64,000 nucleotides of DNA from NCBI GenBank assembly GCA_028534125.1, contig CM052817.1, positions 57,724,001 to 57,788,000 of the forward strand. The letters are read 5' to 3'. Both the position numbers and the translations under genes were made by a program. The notes below the pieces were generated by a model, which searched no databases, had not been told where the DNA came from, and saw nothing but the letters and a program-made list of their open reading frames with translations. This DNA is from Lama glama (taxonomy: Eukaryota). Every line of letters begins with the position of its first letter. Position 1 is the first letter of the stretch. Below, in pieces: positions 23,500-35,820 of this stretch.

Positions 23500-24689
23500 C
23501 TAATATTAGGAAAATCAGAAAGACAGCATGAAGGTTTAGGATCAGGGGCCAGTAATCAGGGCCTCAGGGCAAATGAGACAGGACATAGCTCGCCGCTTTG
23601 AATAAAGGCTATAGTCGTAAGAGTTGTGGAACAGTTCTGCTACATCCAATACCATTTTCTTTTGAATAGTTTTGTCTTCCTGTCAAATATAAAAGTGAGT
23701 GATGCTGGTGGTCAGAGTTAGGGTATGTGAATTCTGCTTTCAGATGTACCATTCAACAATCATACGACCTAGTCCTGGAGGACAAATTAGTTGGTCTGTC
23801 CAGCTTTGTTTCTTCTGCCAGTAGATGTGAGAACCAAATCAGGTGGTTTCTTAGAAAGAAACTAAGACATTTCGAGGCAAGTCATATTTTCTCTCCTTTT
23901 ACTTTCCTAGTTGGAAATTTCATCTTCATCTAGAGCTTCTTCAATTATTACTATTTCAAAGCTCCTCCTCTCCCCATACAATGTTTGGATGACATACACA
24001 AGAAAAATCTTAATGGTCTTAACCATAGTGGCCAGATGAGTCCTCCTAAGGAACAACTCTAATAATGTCAGAATCCTGCTTATGAAACAAACCTATTTGC
24101 AACAGCTCAAGCTGCTTTCCAAATTAAGTACAAACTTACATGGCAAGGTTTCTCTAGTATTTTACAATTTGTCTTTGATCCATCACAGTAGCCTTAATCT
24201 GTCAGTATTCTGAGCTTGAATCATACTTTATTACTCACTGCTCCTCAGACATATCTAAGATATGGTAGAATGTTCTCCTTTGTTTTGGCCTATCTTATTG
24301 CCCACCCCTTCTATAAAGCTTCTCCTGACTGACATAAATACTGTAAAATGTTAACGTTTTTGTGTATCATGTATATTTTTGCCCCTGGGATGCCTGGGGG
24401 CATAGAAGACAGTCAATATAGAAGAAGGCAGTCAATATAAATGAATACATTTATTTTTATTGAGCCTACTAGAATGTTAAACTCCTTGTCTCCTGGTCCT
24501 ATCAGTTACTCTTCTTGTGTTTTCTATAGTGTTTATTTAGCATTGTGCCATGCTTTTATAAAAAGACCCCAAAGTATTGGTAAAATTAATTAGGCAAATA
24601 ATTTAATCTCAATGTATTATTCTTTATGGCATCATTAAAAGGCATATTGATAATCATTCCATTTGCAGAAATTAATACATTTTCTGGTG

Positions 24690-24970
24690 ATCTGGTATGA
24701 GGGTAATATTCTCATAGAATTAGTTAGGGGGTGCTCCCCCCTCTTCTACTTTTTTAGATAATAAATTAATTGGCATTTATTTTAATTAGCTGGTATTCTT
24801 TAAATTTTTGGTAAAATTCACTAGTGAAGCTATTTGGTCCTGGGATTTGCTCCATGGGTAGGTTTTTTTCTTTAATAATTCAGTCTCTTTGGTAGAGATC
24901 TGTTTAGATTTTCTATTTCTTCATGAGTCAGTTTCATTATCTAAAAATATTTCCTAATTTTCCTTGTGAT
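24690..24970 (-). mobile_element. Old L1 ORF2 fragment in SNCA intron 5
   Basis: tttggtaaaattcactagtgaagctatttggtcctggg is antisense to the L1 PGPDGFTGEFYQ region (compare 37210-37250). Confidence 0.7.
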
Positions 24971-25233
24971 GCATTTTTATTAAAGAAAATTGTTTTCAGA
25001 CTAAAGTATGCCATTTAAAATGTTGGACTAAAATATACCAATTATTGCAAACTATGCATCGATCATATTTCTACTTTAATTTTTTTGAGTGACTTTTATT
25101 TTATTGTGCAAACATCCCACTGGAAATATATGGCAAAAATAATTACCTTCTTTTGGCATTTAGTTAATTTCTCTAACTTTCCATTTTGGCATTTGGTTTA
25201 GAATAATGTAAAATTTCTAATAATTCTCTAATG

Positions 25234-25420
25234 CAGGGGCTCAGCAAACTTTCTGTAAAAGGCCAGGCTGTAAATATTTTAGGCTGTATGGGCCACATAT
25301 GGTCTCATCACTGCTGCTGCCTTTTTTTTTCTTCTTTAACAATACACTACAAATGTAAAAAGCATTCTTAGATTGCAAGTTGTCCACACAATACATGTCC
25401 TGGATTTGGCCAACTTAGCA
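25234..25420 (+). mobile_element. MER58-like hAT-Charlie MITE
   Basis: caggggctcagcaaactttctgtaaaaggccagg..gtaaatattttaggct..gggccacat ... ggatttggcc. Confidence 0.75.
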
Positions 25421-25534
25421 TCTAGAGAGTAAATCACTCTCAGTAAGGACAAATATAAGGGAAATAACTGATTATTCGAGCCAACTTGAACTCCTAAATT
25501 TCATTTTCAGAGTTTCACGTGCATAAGCTCTCAC

Positions 25535-25618
25535 CTCAGAAGGCATTTCATAAGCCTCGTTGTCAGGCTCCGTGGGCACGTCTTCCAGAACTCCCTCCTG
25601 GGCGGCTCCTTCTTCACT
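25535..25618 (-). CDS. SNCA: Alpha-synuclein, penultimate coding exon (exon 5, residues 103-130): [28 protein letters not shown]
   Basis: 84-nt phase-0 exon, acceptor tttaaataccAG (25619-25620), donor GAG/gtgaga (25534); homologous to human [28 protein letters not shown]. Confidence 0.98.
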
Positions 25619-26874
25619 CTGGTATTTAAATGAAAAACACACAGACTGTGAGGAGGGAGCATTCACTTTTTAAAATCACAATCATATTTTGAAAAGATCT
25701 TACATAGAGTACTGGCAAGAATGGCACTCGGTATCCCTGCATTCTACACTATACAGTGCCTTCGATAAAACATTGAGGTAACATGTTATTAACCCAAAGA
25801 ATGCTCAATTTTTTTGCCCAGGTAATTCACTGTTCGAAAATAGTCCAAAGGTGTTTTTCATAGGATCAATGATAGCAGTAAAAACCTGTTAACTTAGGTG
25901 TTCAATTGATGAAGAGTTAGAATTATCATTCAAATGTTCAATAGATTATTATGAAAACATGTATTACTATGACAAAAATTTTATTATAGAATAAGAATTT
26001 CTTTATGGTATAATGTTTAGCAGCATATAAATATTGTACATATTGTGGACCCAACCTAAGTAGAATTCAGATACAAGGGTAAAATAGATTGGAGGAGGGT
26101 ACAACAAAGCATTGAAAGTACTTTTTGTTGGGCAGTAATGCCATGTTCTTTTTACCATTTTGTAAGTTTTAAAGATACCATTTATAAGGTAAAATCACAC
26201 ATATTTTATAATTTATTTTTAATGATGGCAAAGGAACACATCTTTTTTCCTGAGGTTTCAAGATTGAAATCATATATATTTGGAGGAAGAAAAATCAAAG
26301 TATTTGGTCAATTTTCCAAGTATCTCTCCTTAGAAATCAGATACCACAAATTCAACCTGAAATGGTCATGGTCTTATTAGTATTCTTCATTAAATACTTT
26401 TTTGGAGTAAATACTTTTTGTTGCTTTGTATTTATTCTAGAAAAGGAATTGAAATCTGAAAGAGCAGAGAGGCAACGTGAGATTATATAGACTTACTCAA
26501 AGAGATCAAACAGTCCCCCAAGGTGGCTTACGTTTGAAACTCTGCCTCATGTAACTATCATCTCCCCATGTCTTCATCATGAAAATGACAGACAGGTAGG
26601 CAGAGGGATAAGGAAATGGTTGACTGTGAGAAAAAGTCAAACTAAAGCCCATCCATGCTCACATTAGGTAGGCAGAGAAGCTTACAGACCATACTCCTCT
26701 GCCCAACTCCTATTTTAAAAATTTATAAAAGTCCAAGTTATTTATAAATGAAATAAGATATAAAGCATCCCTCAAATACCTCACTTCTAAATGTGGAGTA
26801 AACATACTGTTTTCAGTGTTTCACCTTTTGGTACAAATCAAGAATACAGGTTCTGTATTGTGATTGGTGGTTAG

Positions 26875-27090
26875 ACACAAGGGCTGTAGTATCACAAGAC
26901 TTGCTTTCAAATCCTACCTTCCATAGATTCCAGATCTCTTGTGATGTTGGACAAGTTTCTTAAGCTTTCTCTAAGCATCAAATAGCCTTAGTGATAAAAT
27001 GGGGCAGCAATACCTTTTTCTAATTGAGAGGAGCCAATGACATCATTAATCCCCTCTTAGTATTTAGATAACTTCTAGTGATAGTCAAGT
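26875..27090 (+). mobile_element. MIR SINE
   Basis: ttcaaatcctacc..tgtgatgttggacaagtttcttaagcttttctctaagcatca..taaaatggggcagcaatacct. Confidence 0.65.
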
Positions 27091-28829
27091 ATAGGAAAAT
27101 AAGGTAAATTTCCTGTCTTATTAAGTTTTTAGTAGTTTTTTTTCTAACCTTATTTGTTAAGATTTTGATACAGATTGGACAAGTAAATATGGCAGAACTG
27201 ACGTGCTTTCTGACCATCACAAATAAGGTGCAAACTATACAACTAAAATTGGTGAATGTTATTGGATGTGTGTGTGTATTGGGGTGTGTCTGTTGCATCC
27301 TTCAAAGTTTATCCAAATAATGGTGAATGTTGCTGGTGAATTGCTGGCTAGATTTCATTTGATCCCAATATGTGATCAATCTATCCCTGTTAACAGATAT
27401 ACTTAAGTGGCAAGTGTATAATAACTGCTTATCTTTAAAAATACAAGCATTTCTGAGCATGTATTTACCTAATCCTTTTAAAATTGCACTGAGAATGTCT
27501 ATAGTTTATAAAGTAAATATGTATCACTTGTGGGCAAGGGTTTGAAAAATCATAGGAGAAATGCTTATACAATATTTAAAAAGAGGTCAAATAAGTGATG
27601 AGACAGAAAGTCAGCTATAAGAATGAAAACACACAGAAAATGGAAAAAAAAATAGGGAGAAAAGAAATATAAATCCCAGGATGTTCAATTAGTGTTAACA
27701 TGTCACAAGAAGAGGCTTATATTTTCAGAAGCCTTTACTTACTAAAAGAATAAATACATGGTGCTTTCACAAGTCTGACTGCTAGACTTTATGTGTTGTT
27801 CTCTGGAGAAGGAAATTGATTTCATTTAAATACATTAATATTAATAAACTGTCATTAAGATCTTTAACTGTGTTACATTACATGAAGTGGAAATAGCTCA
27901 TAGATCCCTCAAGAGGCAGACTATCCTCAGCCACATCTTCCTAAGGAAATTTGATTTTAGAGAGGTTTAGAAATTTACTCAAAGTAACAGAGATGACTTC
28001 AGACTCTGCGCTCTTAACCACTGCCCTGAGTTTCTTCCCCAAAAGAATTTTGGCATTCAAAATGTTTTAATTATCAATAGATTTTGGAAACTGAGAAACA
28101 GGACATCCTATCATGTCCCTGACTATACCTTGCCTATTCTTTTAGCACCTAGTTCAGGGTCTATTCCTGGTAAACAAAATTATCTCATAATTACATTGCT
28201 GAAACCCATCAAAGAAGTCCCTTCACAAACATTGTATGCTCTATGGAGCCATTATATTTTTATACTATAAAAGTTTACCCAGAAGGAAAAACAAACAAAA
28301 GTATTAGTCAAAGAACAGGTGAGAATTAGTTTTTGTTTTTCAAAACTCTGGTAGTGTGTGTAGGGGGAAAAAATCACCCTGAGGGTATGGCAGGAGAAAC
28401 TACTGAAAGGCAAGGAAATAGTGGGGATGAAGTTGCAGTATACAGGATGAGTACTTGAAATCCCTTAAGAACAGAAATTCAAGTCCTTAAAATCCTTTAA
28501 GAATAGGAATTCGATTTCCTATTTTCTATCCAGTCTTGTGCTGCAATATAATTTCACCATCTTACCATAGCCTTCACATGTAGCCTGTTGACCCTAAATA
28601 TTCACTAAAGTGCTATAGAGTGGTCAGAATGGATGCTGCAGTATGAGGAAAGCACAGCATAGGTAGGAGGAGATGGATTATATAGTGGAAGCAAGTAATC
28701 AGAACCAGAGTTGACCAGGAGAAATGTCATCACAGGAAAACCATCAAACATGTATCTTACCTTTCCTGTACAAACTATACATTAGTGTAAACAAATAGTT
28801 GATGAGTACAAGTTTTCATTATGGATGTA

Positions 28830-29500
28830 ATCTTTCCTTCCAGGAAAGGAATGATAGAACTAGAATATCACCTTTTTACAAGGAAATCTAGGCAATGATT
28901 ACCAATGGCTGCCAAGGGGACATAGAGAGATATAACCACACATCATGTGCCCTGATGGCACTACATATCACCACCTATAAAGTATCCTTGACAAACATTA
29001 GAATTTGGTTGGTATCTAACTATCACTGGATCCGACAATTTACAGCAAATATAAGGGAATGAAGAACAAGTTCACATCACTGGATGCAATCAGCAAATTC
29101 TGGACTGTGGGAAACAATACAGAACCAATAACAACTACTTCAGCAAGTAAATTACAAGGAAAACAAAGTTTTGGGACACCTATAAAGTGGACTTGAGAGA
29201 GTATCAGAAAGATTACAGCTCAAGAATCTTATTTCATTCTTATTTTGAATTCTGATTTAAGAAAATGAGAAATATGAGAGAGTTGGTGGAATTTAAACAC
29301 TAACTTGGTATTTAATTAAACAGCCATTGTTTATTCTTAAAATATGATATGTTGGAGTTTCATTTAAAGTCCTAAATTTTAAAAAATAATCAAATATTTT
29401 CAGATGAAATAACATACCTAGGTATTTTCTTTGAAATTATCCAGGGTTGGGTGGAGAGAAATGAGTAGGCTGTAGAAGAAACAGGAGTCTACGTGGTGGT
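28830..29500 (+). mobile_element. Old L1 (L1MC/ME-like) 3' fragment, interrupted by the ERV
   Basis: ggatgcaatcagcaaattctggactgtgggaaac and cagatgaaataacatacc blocks; approximate. Confidence 0.5.
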
Positions 29501-29516
29501 GATTGGTCGCATTCGA

Positions 29517-30002
29517 TGGGGAGCAGAATATGCACCCAAAAATGTGACACTGGCAGGTGTATTATTTGGAACTGAAGGCAATCAAGACCCAGCAGACTCA
29601 GGAAGAGCTTTTTACTTCCTCCATAACTGCCTCAAAGAATGTAGATTAGGAGGCCTGTACCAGAAAGAGAATTTTACCAGAAATAACTTTTTTTTTTTAA
29701 ATCTGAAAGACTTATCTGCGCGGGAGGGCAAACATCTGATTACCAAACATCTGCTCTTCTCATTTTCCTGTGAATTGCCCTCCCCTCCTCTGACGCTCTA
29801 GGCTCCCATCATACCTTAGCTCGGGGGAGCATGTAAGCCTCACCTGACTGACTGCCTCTGAGTCCCGTATTTTTGTGGGACTCCCATACGTATGGACTTA
29901 AATTTCTTTTTCTTTTGTTAATCTGCCTTATGTCAATTTAGATATAGACCAGGCAAAGAACCTATAAGGAATGAAGGGAAAATTCTGCCCACCTTCCCAA
30001 CA
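29517..30002 (+). mobile_element. 5' LTR of an ERV1-class provirus (MER34-like)
   Basis: Begins tggggagcagaatatgcacccaaaaatg and ends ..cccaaca, immediately before a PBS; its 3' portion (gttaatctgccttatgtcaatttag..agaccaggcaaagaaccta..gaaggga) is repeated at 40320-40408. Confidence 0.8.
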
Positions 30003-33000
30003 GTTTGGTACCCAGTGCGGGGCTCTCCTTTGGACATTGCTTGTTCTGGGGCTGCTGCGGCTGAGAGATCCTGGAACCTCTGGTAGAACGTAAGACATCA
30101 GTTACATCTCCTGGATCTCTGCCTGTAGTGAAAGTGAGGGTGGTGAGAGTCCTTTTCCTTTCTCTGGATTTAGATTAGCAGGAGAAAATACTTGTGTGAC
30201 TCAGTTCTTTTCGTATAGTGACTCTGGTAAAGATATATTAGAATTCTTATTTTCTGTTGATTCCTAGAAATGGTCTTTGTTTTCTTTTGTCTTTTGTGTT
30301 GTTTTGTCATAAGGAGGAAAATCACAGGACTGAATACTGGCAGAGGTCCTACAAGCTTGTTGTTTGAGTTGGCCTTACAGACTTGTGAGTTCAGGTTTCT
30401 CACCAGACTGGCATCTCTTTAGACAAGTTTGCTATGTTTCCCCTATATTATAAAAGCACGCACACAACAATAACAGATACGCTTTTTGCCTTGTTCAGCC
30501 CCATCTGCCTATTTTAACTTCCCTTTTCTGTTAAGATTTACAGAGAACACTCTTTCCTGATCACCAGCCCAGGGCATAAAGATGACTTGTGTAAATTGTG
30601 AAAGCCAGGGAGTGAATTTAGCAGAATCACTTGGGACAGGTGGTAGGGCTCTGTCATCAGGCTCTGCTAGCTTTCGGATTTCCTAGGCAATGTTCCCTGC
30701 AAATATACCCTGGACCCCAAATGCAGAGTCCATGTCTATGGACAGCAGCAGTTCTATCAAATGCCAAAGCCTTCTTATCTCCATTTTCTGTTTCTAGCAA
30801 ATATAAGGACTCAGAAAGATTAGTGGACATGCACGGTCCCACTTACAGGGACCCCGATTGGCTGTTAAGGTGTGTTCTTCCCTTCATAATTAACAGACAA
30901 ACCAGACAGCTCCCTGGGAAAAATAAACCCTCACCGAAGTTACAGATGACCCAGGCCCTTGTATAAGTAATCAGGAAATGGATCAGCTTGAGGCCAATAC
31001 TCAGGGCCTGATACAATTCAATGGTAGATTGAATTGTATGTTCAGAAAAAAAAAAAATTCAAAGGTCTTTGTTAAAGACTTTACCCAGACTTTTGAAAGG
31101 CATACTTCATTAAACCCCAGAGCTCCAGAATATAGAAATCATTTGATTTCCATCTTATTTGGAAATCTCCCTGATAGAAGAGTGCAAATTGAAGATAATG
31201 CAGATGGATGGGTGGGTCAGCCCTTTGGTACTATTTGGGCTACAACCCAGTTCTTGGAGGAATTAAAATCTTTATCTTACAAATCTTTGCAAAACAAGAA
31301 TGCAGCTCTAGGAAAAAAAAATACACCTATCTTTACCAACCCCAAGACCTCCCCTATTCATCTCAAGATGTTTGTACATATTGTAAAAGATCAGAGCATT
31401 GGAACAGAAGTGTCCTAAAAAGAAGGAAAATTCTAATTACACTAGACTTCTGATTAAACAGAGAAATATACTCCAAAACTCCTAGGAGATGACTTGCATT
31501 CTTTCTCTGTCCCTTAAAGATGTAAATCTGTCATGTCTTTGAAATATAAACACTCCAAGGAGACAACCAAAATGCAGCCCAGAATCCTCTGGGACTGAAG
31601 GAAAAAAAGTGGGGGTGGGGGAGAGGCTTTTTAAAATAAAATGCAAACTGATATAAATATTTCCTTGCCCAAAATGTAATCCTCAGATTCCATAAGATTA
31701 CTTGCTAAGGACAAATACAAACCTAAAAGTCTTCTTCACAAAAATTAGTAAAAAGCTTTAGCCATTTAAGTGAGTAAAATTAACTTGTTCCATAATCCAG
31801 AGACACAATTTAGATTCAACTGTTATTTATGAACTAATGAGTTTTGTATTATTGTACCAAGTCTTGGCTAAAATTTTGGAATAGAAACTGCAGGGTCCCT
31901 GTTTGTGTTTCTGTATGTCTATGGATGTATGCTATGCATATGTGATATTTTTCTACCTCTGGATGGTATTGCCAAAATTAGTTTATTAAAAAAAAAAACT
32001 GGCTTTGATTAAATGGCTTAAAAAATACATGCTTATCAATTTAAATATTTTTAAGCTCAGAAATATAATAGACATTAAATCAAATGCTTTTCAAATTCAT
32101 GTGATCTGGGGTAATCTTTGGTAAATAAAAACTAGTTTAAGTTTGTTGGTTTAATTAAAACAGGTATGTGTTTAGAGTTACCAGCAATAAACATAATCTG
32201 TTCTACTTAGGTTTACTAATGGTCAAATAAGCTCATGTTATCTCTGTTACAAAATTTGTCAGAAAGAAAAATAACTTAAGATGATGACTAGCTGCTTTAG
32301 TGTTGCATGAAATTTTATGAGTACTCTAAATTGTTAAGAACAAGTGAATTAAATATACGGGAGATAAATCTCTTAAGTGAGCTTTTCAAAAATAATTATG
32401 TTTTACGATATGTCTACTTAAAAAGTTTTCTAAATCTGGTGATTTACAGTTTTACTATGTTAAGTTAAATGATGGAAATTCATTAAGGTCATTTCCAAGT
32501 AAGATAAAATACAGAAACATTAATTATTGATTGTAGGCTTCTTATTACAGAGAAACTAAAGATATTTGGATCTGTCAGTAACATGTTTTCTGCCACGTTA
32601 AAAAAAATTGTACTATGACAAAGTGTATGTGTCTAGAAATTATGAAATGGATTCCTAAATTTGCCAATCTACAGAATGCTGGTGTGACAGTCCACAATTG
32701 CTTACTCAGTTTTCACTAGAAATGAAAGTCCAAGAGTTAAGGATTCTAATTAATAAATATAATTAAAACTACTAGACTAGAAATAAGAGAAAGAAACTCT
32801 ATATACAAAGAAATAATATGTGTTTTTGGCTAAGAAAAGGTATGAGATATGCTGTGTTTATTAAAGGGAAAAGACTAAAGTTGTCCTAAAGTAATGATTA
32901 TTTCAGAATGGGAAAGTGGAAAATTAAAAAACAAACTAAATGGATATAGAAGTTGAGGAGGAAGTGAGGTAGAGAAGGAAAGAAAATTTCGCCTTATGTA

Positions 33001-34065
33001 GTTGGGCTACCTAAAATTGAATAAATTCACTTTGTCTTTAAAAAATAAGCTTTAATATCAATAGTATATGTGTAAAAATAAAAATTTTCTTTCATCTGCT
33101 AAAAGAACAAGGTTTTCTTAGACTAGTGATCTGCTCTTGATAAGACTGAAAAGTTTTTCTTTGCCCTTTTAAGTAATCTGCCTAGAAAATAAAGATTCTG
33201 TGTTTTATCAAAATAATTTATTGTGCTTCATGTTGTCTTTATCAGGTCTTTGATTACTTAAGAAAATTGAATCTTCTCTATTAGAAAAGGAAAGTTGATT
33301 TCTTTTTTTTTTAAAACAATTATGTAACTTTCTGTATTTGCCTCCAAAGTTTGGTTAAAGGGATAACTAAGTATTGTATCACAATGACCTACGATCCTAT
33401 TTGAATCCACAAAATCAAATTCTATTTTGCCCTTGAAATAACTGGGATTTTTAAGAGGGTCCCTGGAACATCTTAAAAGATTTATTCTCTCTCCTTATTA
33501 AAAAAAGAAAGTGATATGTTAAATGAATTAAGCTTATTTGATATTAAATTACATGAATAAGCATTGTCAGGCAAGAAATAATACTAAACATGCTTTATGT
33601 TGTATTTGTCTGAATATTTGTTAGTGATATGTGTTCCAGAAATTGTATAAAATTTCTAAATATCTGATAGGTAGTGTTTTCATTTATAATTCCAGTTATT
33701 ACCTTAATAATCAAATTTCCTTGTTAACTGCATTATAATGAACTCTCTTTAGATCTTTAACTATGACTTTTTCTTTTGTCACTAACAGACAGTAACTGTT
33801 TTACTCTGATGCTTTTGCAAAAGTGTTCCTGTAAAAGTGCTTCATCTTCAAGGAGACCCATAGAAAGGACCCTAACAAGTATAGGTTTTTGATAACTTTC
33901 AGAACATACCACTGAACTAAGTGAGAATTTGCATAAATCTAATCGAGAAACTGATGGCTCCATAAAACTCCTAACAAAAGATCAATAAGAATTAATTATA
34001 TGAGACTGAATGGACTAATGTGGTTAACAATTTTTATGACTTTTTGTTTGAAATTTTGTTGATTC
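30003..34065 (+). mobile_element. ERV1 internal region (MER4/MER34-int-like, non-autonomous, decayed gag-like remnants ~30630-31450)
   Basis: Lies between PBS and 3' LTR; long AT-rich non-coding tract typical of MER4-group internals; continues at 39926-40165 after the L1. Confidence 0.7.
30006..30023 (+). promoter_or_regulatory. Retroviral primer-binding site, closest to tRNA-Lys(CUU)
   Basis: TGGTACCCAGTGCGGGGC vs PBS-Lys1,2 TGGCGCCCAACGTGGGGC, 13/18 identical with three differences at CpG positions; 3 nt after the LTR end. Confidence 0.6.
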
Positions 34066-34571
34066 TTCTGGGTTGCACACCTGGATCGCCAGAAGTCAGT
34101 GGAACTGCACTGGTACTTACTGCTATGAGGGCAGGTAACCTGGGGGACACCAGAGCAGTGCACTGACATTCCTGTGGCTAAAGCTAGGACAAGAGCAGAG
34201 TCAACAGAGTATTTAAAGTGTTCCAACCATGACTACTATGAACTGCAGCTCGGAAACAGGTTTGGAAGCCTCCATTTCAACAAAAGGGGAACAGACCTGG
34301 CCCCTGTCAGGGCTGTGACAACCACAGAACAACCAGGGCAGGCTCTGGTGTCACCACAACACCATCTATACCCCTAATCAAAGAGATAACAGTCAACACA
34401 CATGTAAGAAAGACATAGCAACCATCCATACTAAAAACAGACCTTAAGACAAAATTATTAGAGGTGCACAGTCTACACAGGAATGCATCCTCATTAAAAA
34501 AAAAAAACCCTTCAAGATCACAGTAGGTAATTGATATTCCATAAGCCATAGTGCAAGAGAGATATAAGTAA

Positions 34572-35435
34572 AATGAAGAAGCAGAGGAACTACTTCCAAC
34601 TAAAGGAGTAAGAGAAATCCCCTGAAAGAATGATCAATGAATTAGACCTCAATAGTCCACTGGATCATGACTTCAAAAACGAAAAGAAACTATGAACAGA
34701 GACATAGAATATTTTAAAAGGGAAATTGAAACTATAAAGAGGAGCCAATTAAAAACAGAAAACTCAAAGTCTGAGATAAAAGCTGAGCTAAAGGCAGTCA
34801 AAAGCAGACTAGACAATACAGAGCAATGAATAAGTGACTTAGAAGAGAGGATAACAGAAGCCACCCAATCAGAACAGACAAAATAGCAAATAAAAACCAA
34901 TGAAAGCAATATAAGGGACCAGTGGGATAATATAAAATAAAGCATGCCAACCTATGCTAGTAGGGGTCCCAGAAGGAGAAGAAAAAGCAAAGGGGATCAA
35001 AAAGGTATTGAAGAAATCATGACTGAAAACTTTCCAAACCTAAAGAAACAGATATTCAAGTACAGGAAGCACAGAGGGTCCCCAACAAGAAGAACCCAAA
35101 CAGACCTACACCAAGACATATTATAATCAACATGGCCAAAGTTCAAGATAAAGAAATGATTCTGAAGGCCGCAAGAGAAAAACAGAGTTAGTTACAAGGG
35201 AACCCCAATAAGACTTTCAGCTGATTTCTCCACACATACACTTCAGGCCAGAAGGGAGTGGCAAGATATAGTCAAAGTTCTGAATGATAAAAAGCTGCAA
35301 CCTAGGATACATTATCTGGTAAGGCTATCCTTTAGAATAGAAGGAGAGGTAAAGAATTTCACAGACAAGCAAAAACTTAAAGAATTTAGCAACACTAAAC
35401 CTATGCCAAAAGAAATATTGAAATGTCTACCCTAA
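34572..35435 (+). pseudogene. L1 ORF1 (disrupted)
   Basis: MKKQRNYFQLKE* start; later IEEIMTENFPNLKK, RPTPRHIII, PIRLSADFS motifs across frames. Confidence 0.85.
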
Positions 35436-35820
35436 ACAGAAAAGAAGCAGGATGCTATAGAAAGGAGAAAACCATAATTGGAAAGGTGATAACTACAATG
35501 AGTTGCAACAGAATAAACATGAAGATGTGAAAAAGGACATCAAAATCATTAAAGGTGGGATAGAGGAGCAAGAAAATATTGATTTTCTTCTTTTTTTCTT
35601 TTCATTCTTTTTAGGATGAGTTTGAGCTTATGTGACTATCAGTTTAAAGCAAAAAGATATAGTAATGGATTAAAATACTTGAAAAACAAAGTAACCACAA
35701 GTCAAAAGCATAAACCCCAAAAAGAAACCAAGATAATACAAAAGAAAATTATCAAACCACAAAAAGAAAAAGAAAGGAACAAAGAAGAAATATCAAACCA
35801 ACTGGAAAACTAAGTTCAAA

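Noticed and set aside
25472..25666. 64-aa ORF as a standalone protein
   Set aside because: Only 25535-25618 is SNCA exon 5; the flanks are intron read-through beyond canonical AG/GT sites
30631..31453. 111- and 146-aa ORFs as a novel gene
   Set aside because: They sit downstream of the PBS in the ERV internal region and are best explained as decayed gag-like sequence; no intact MHR or zinc knuckle recognised
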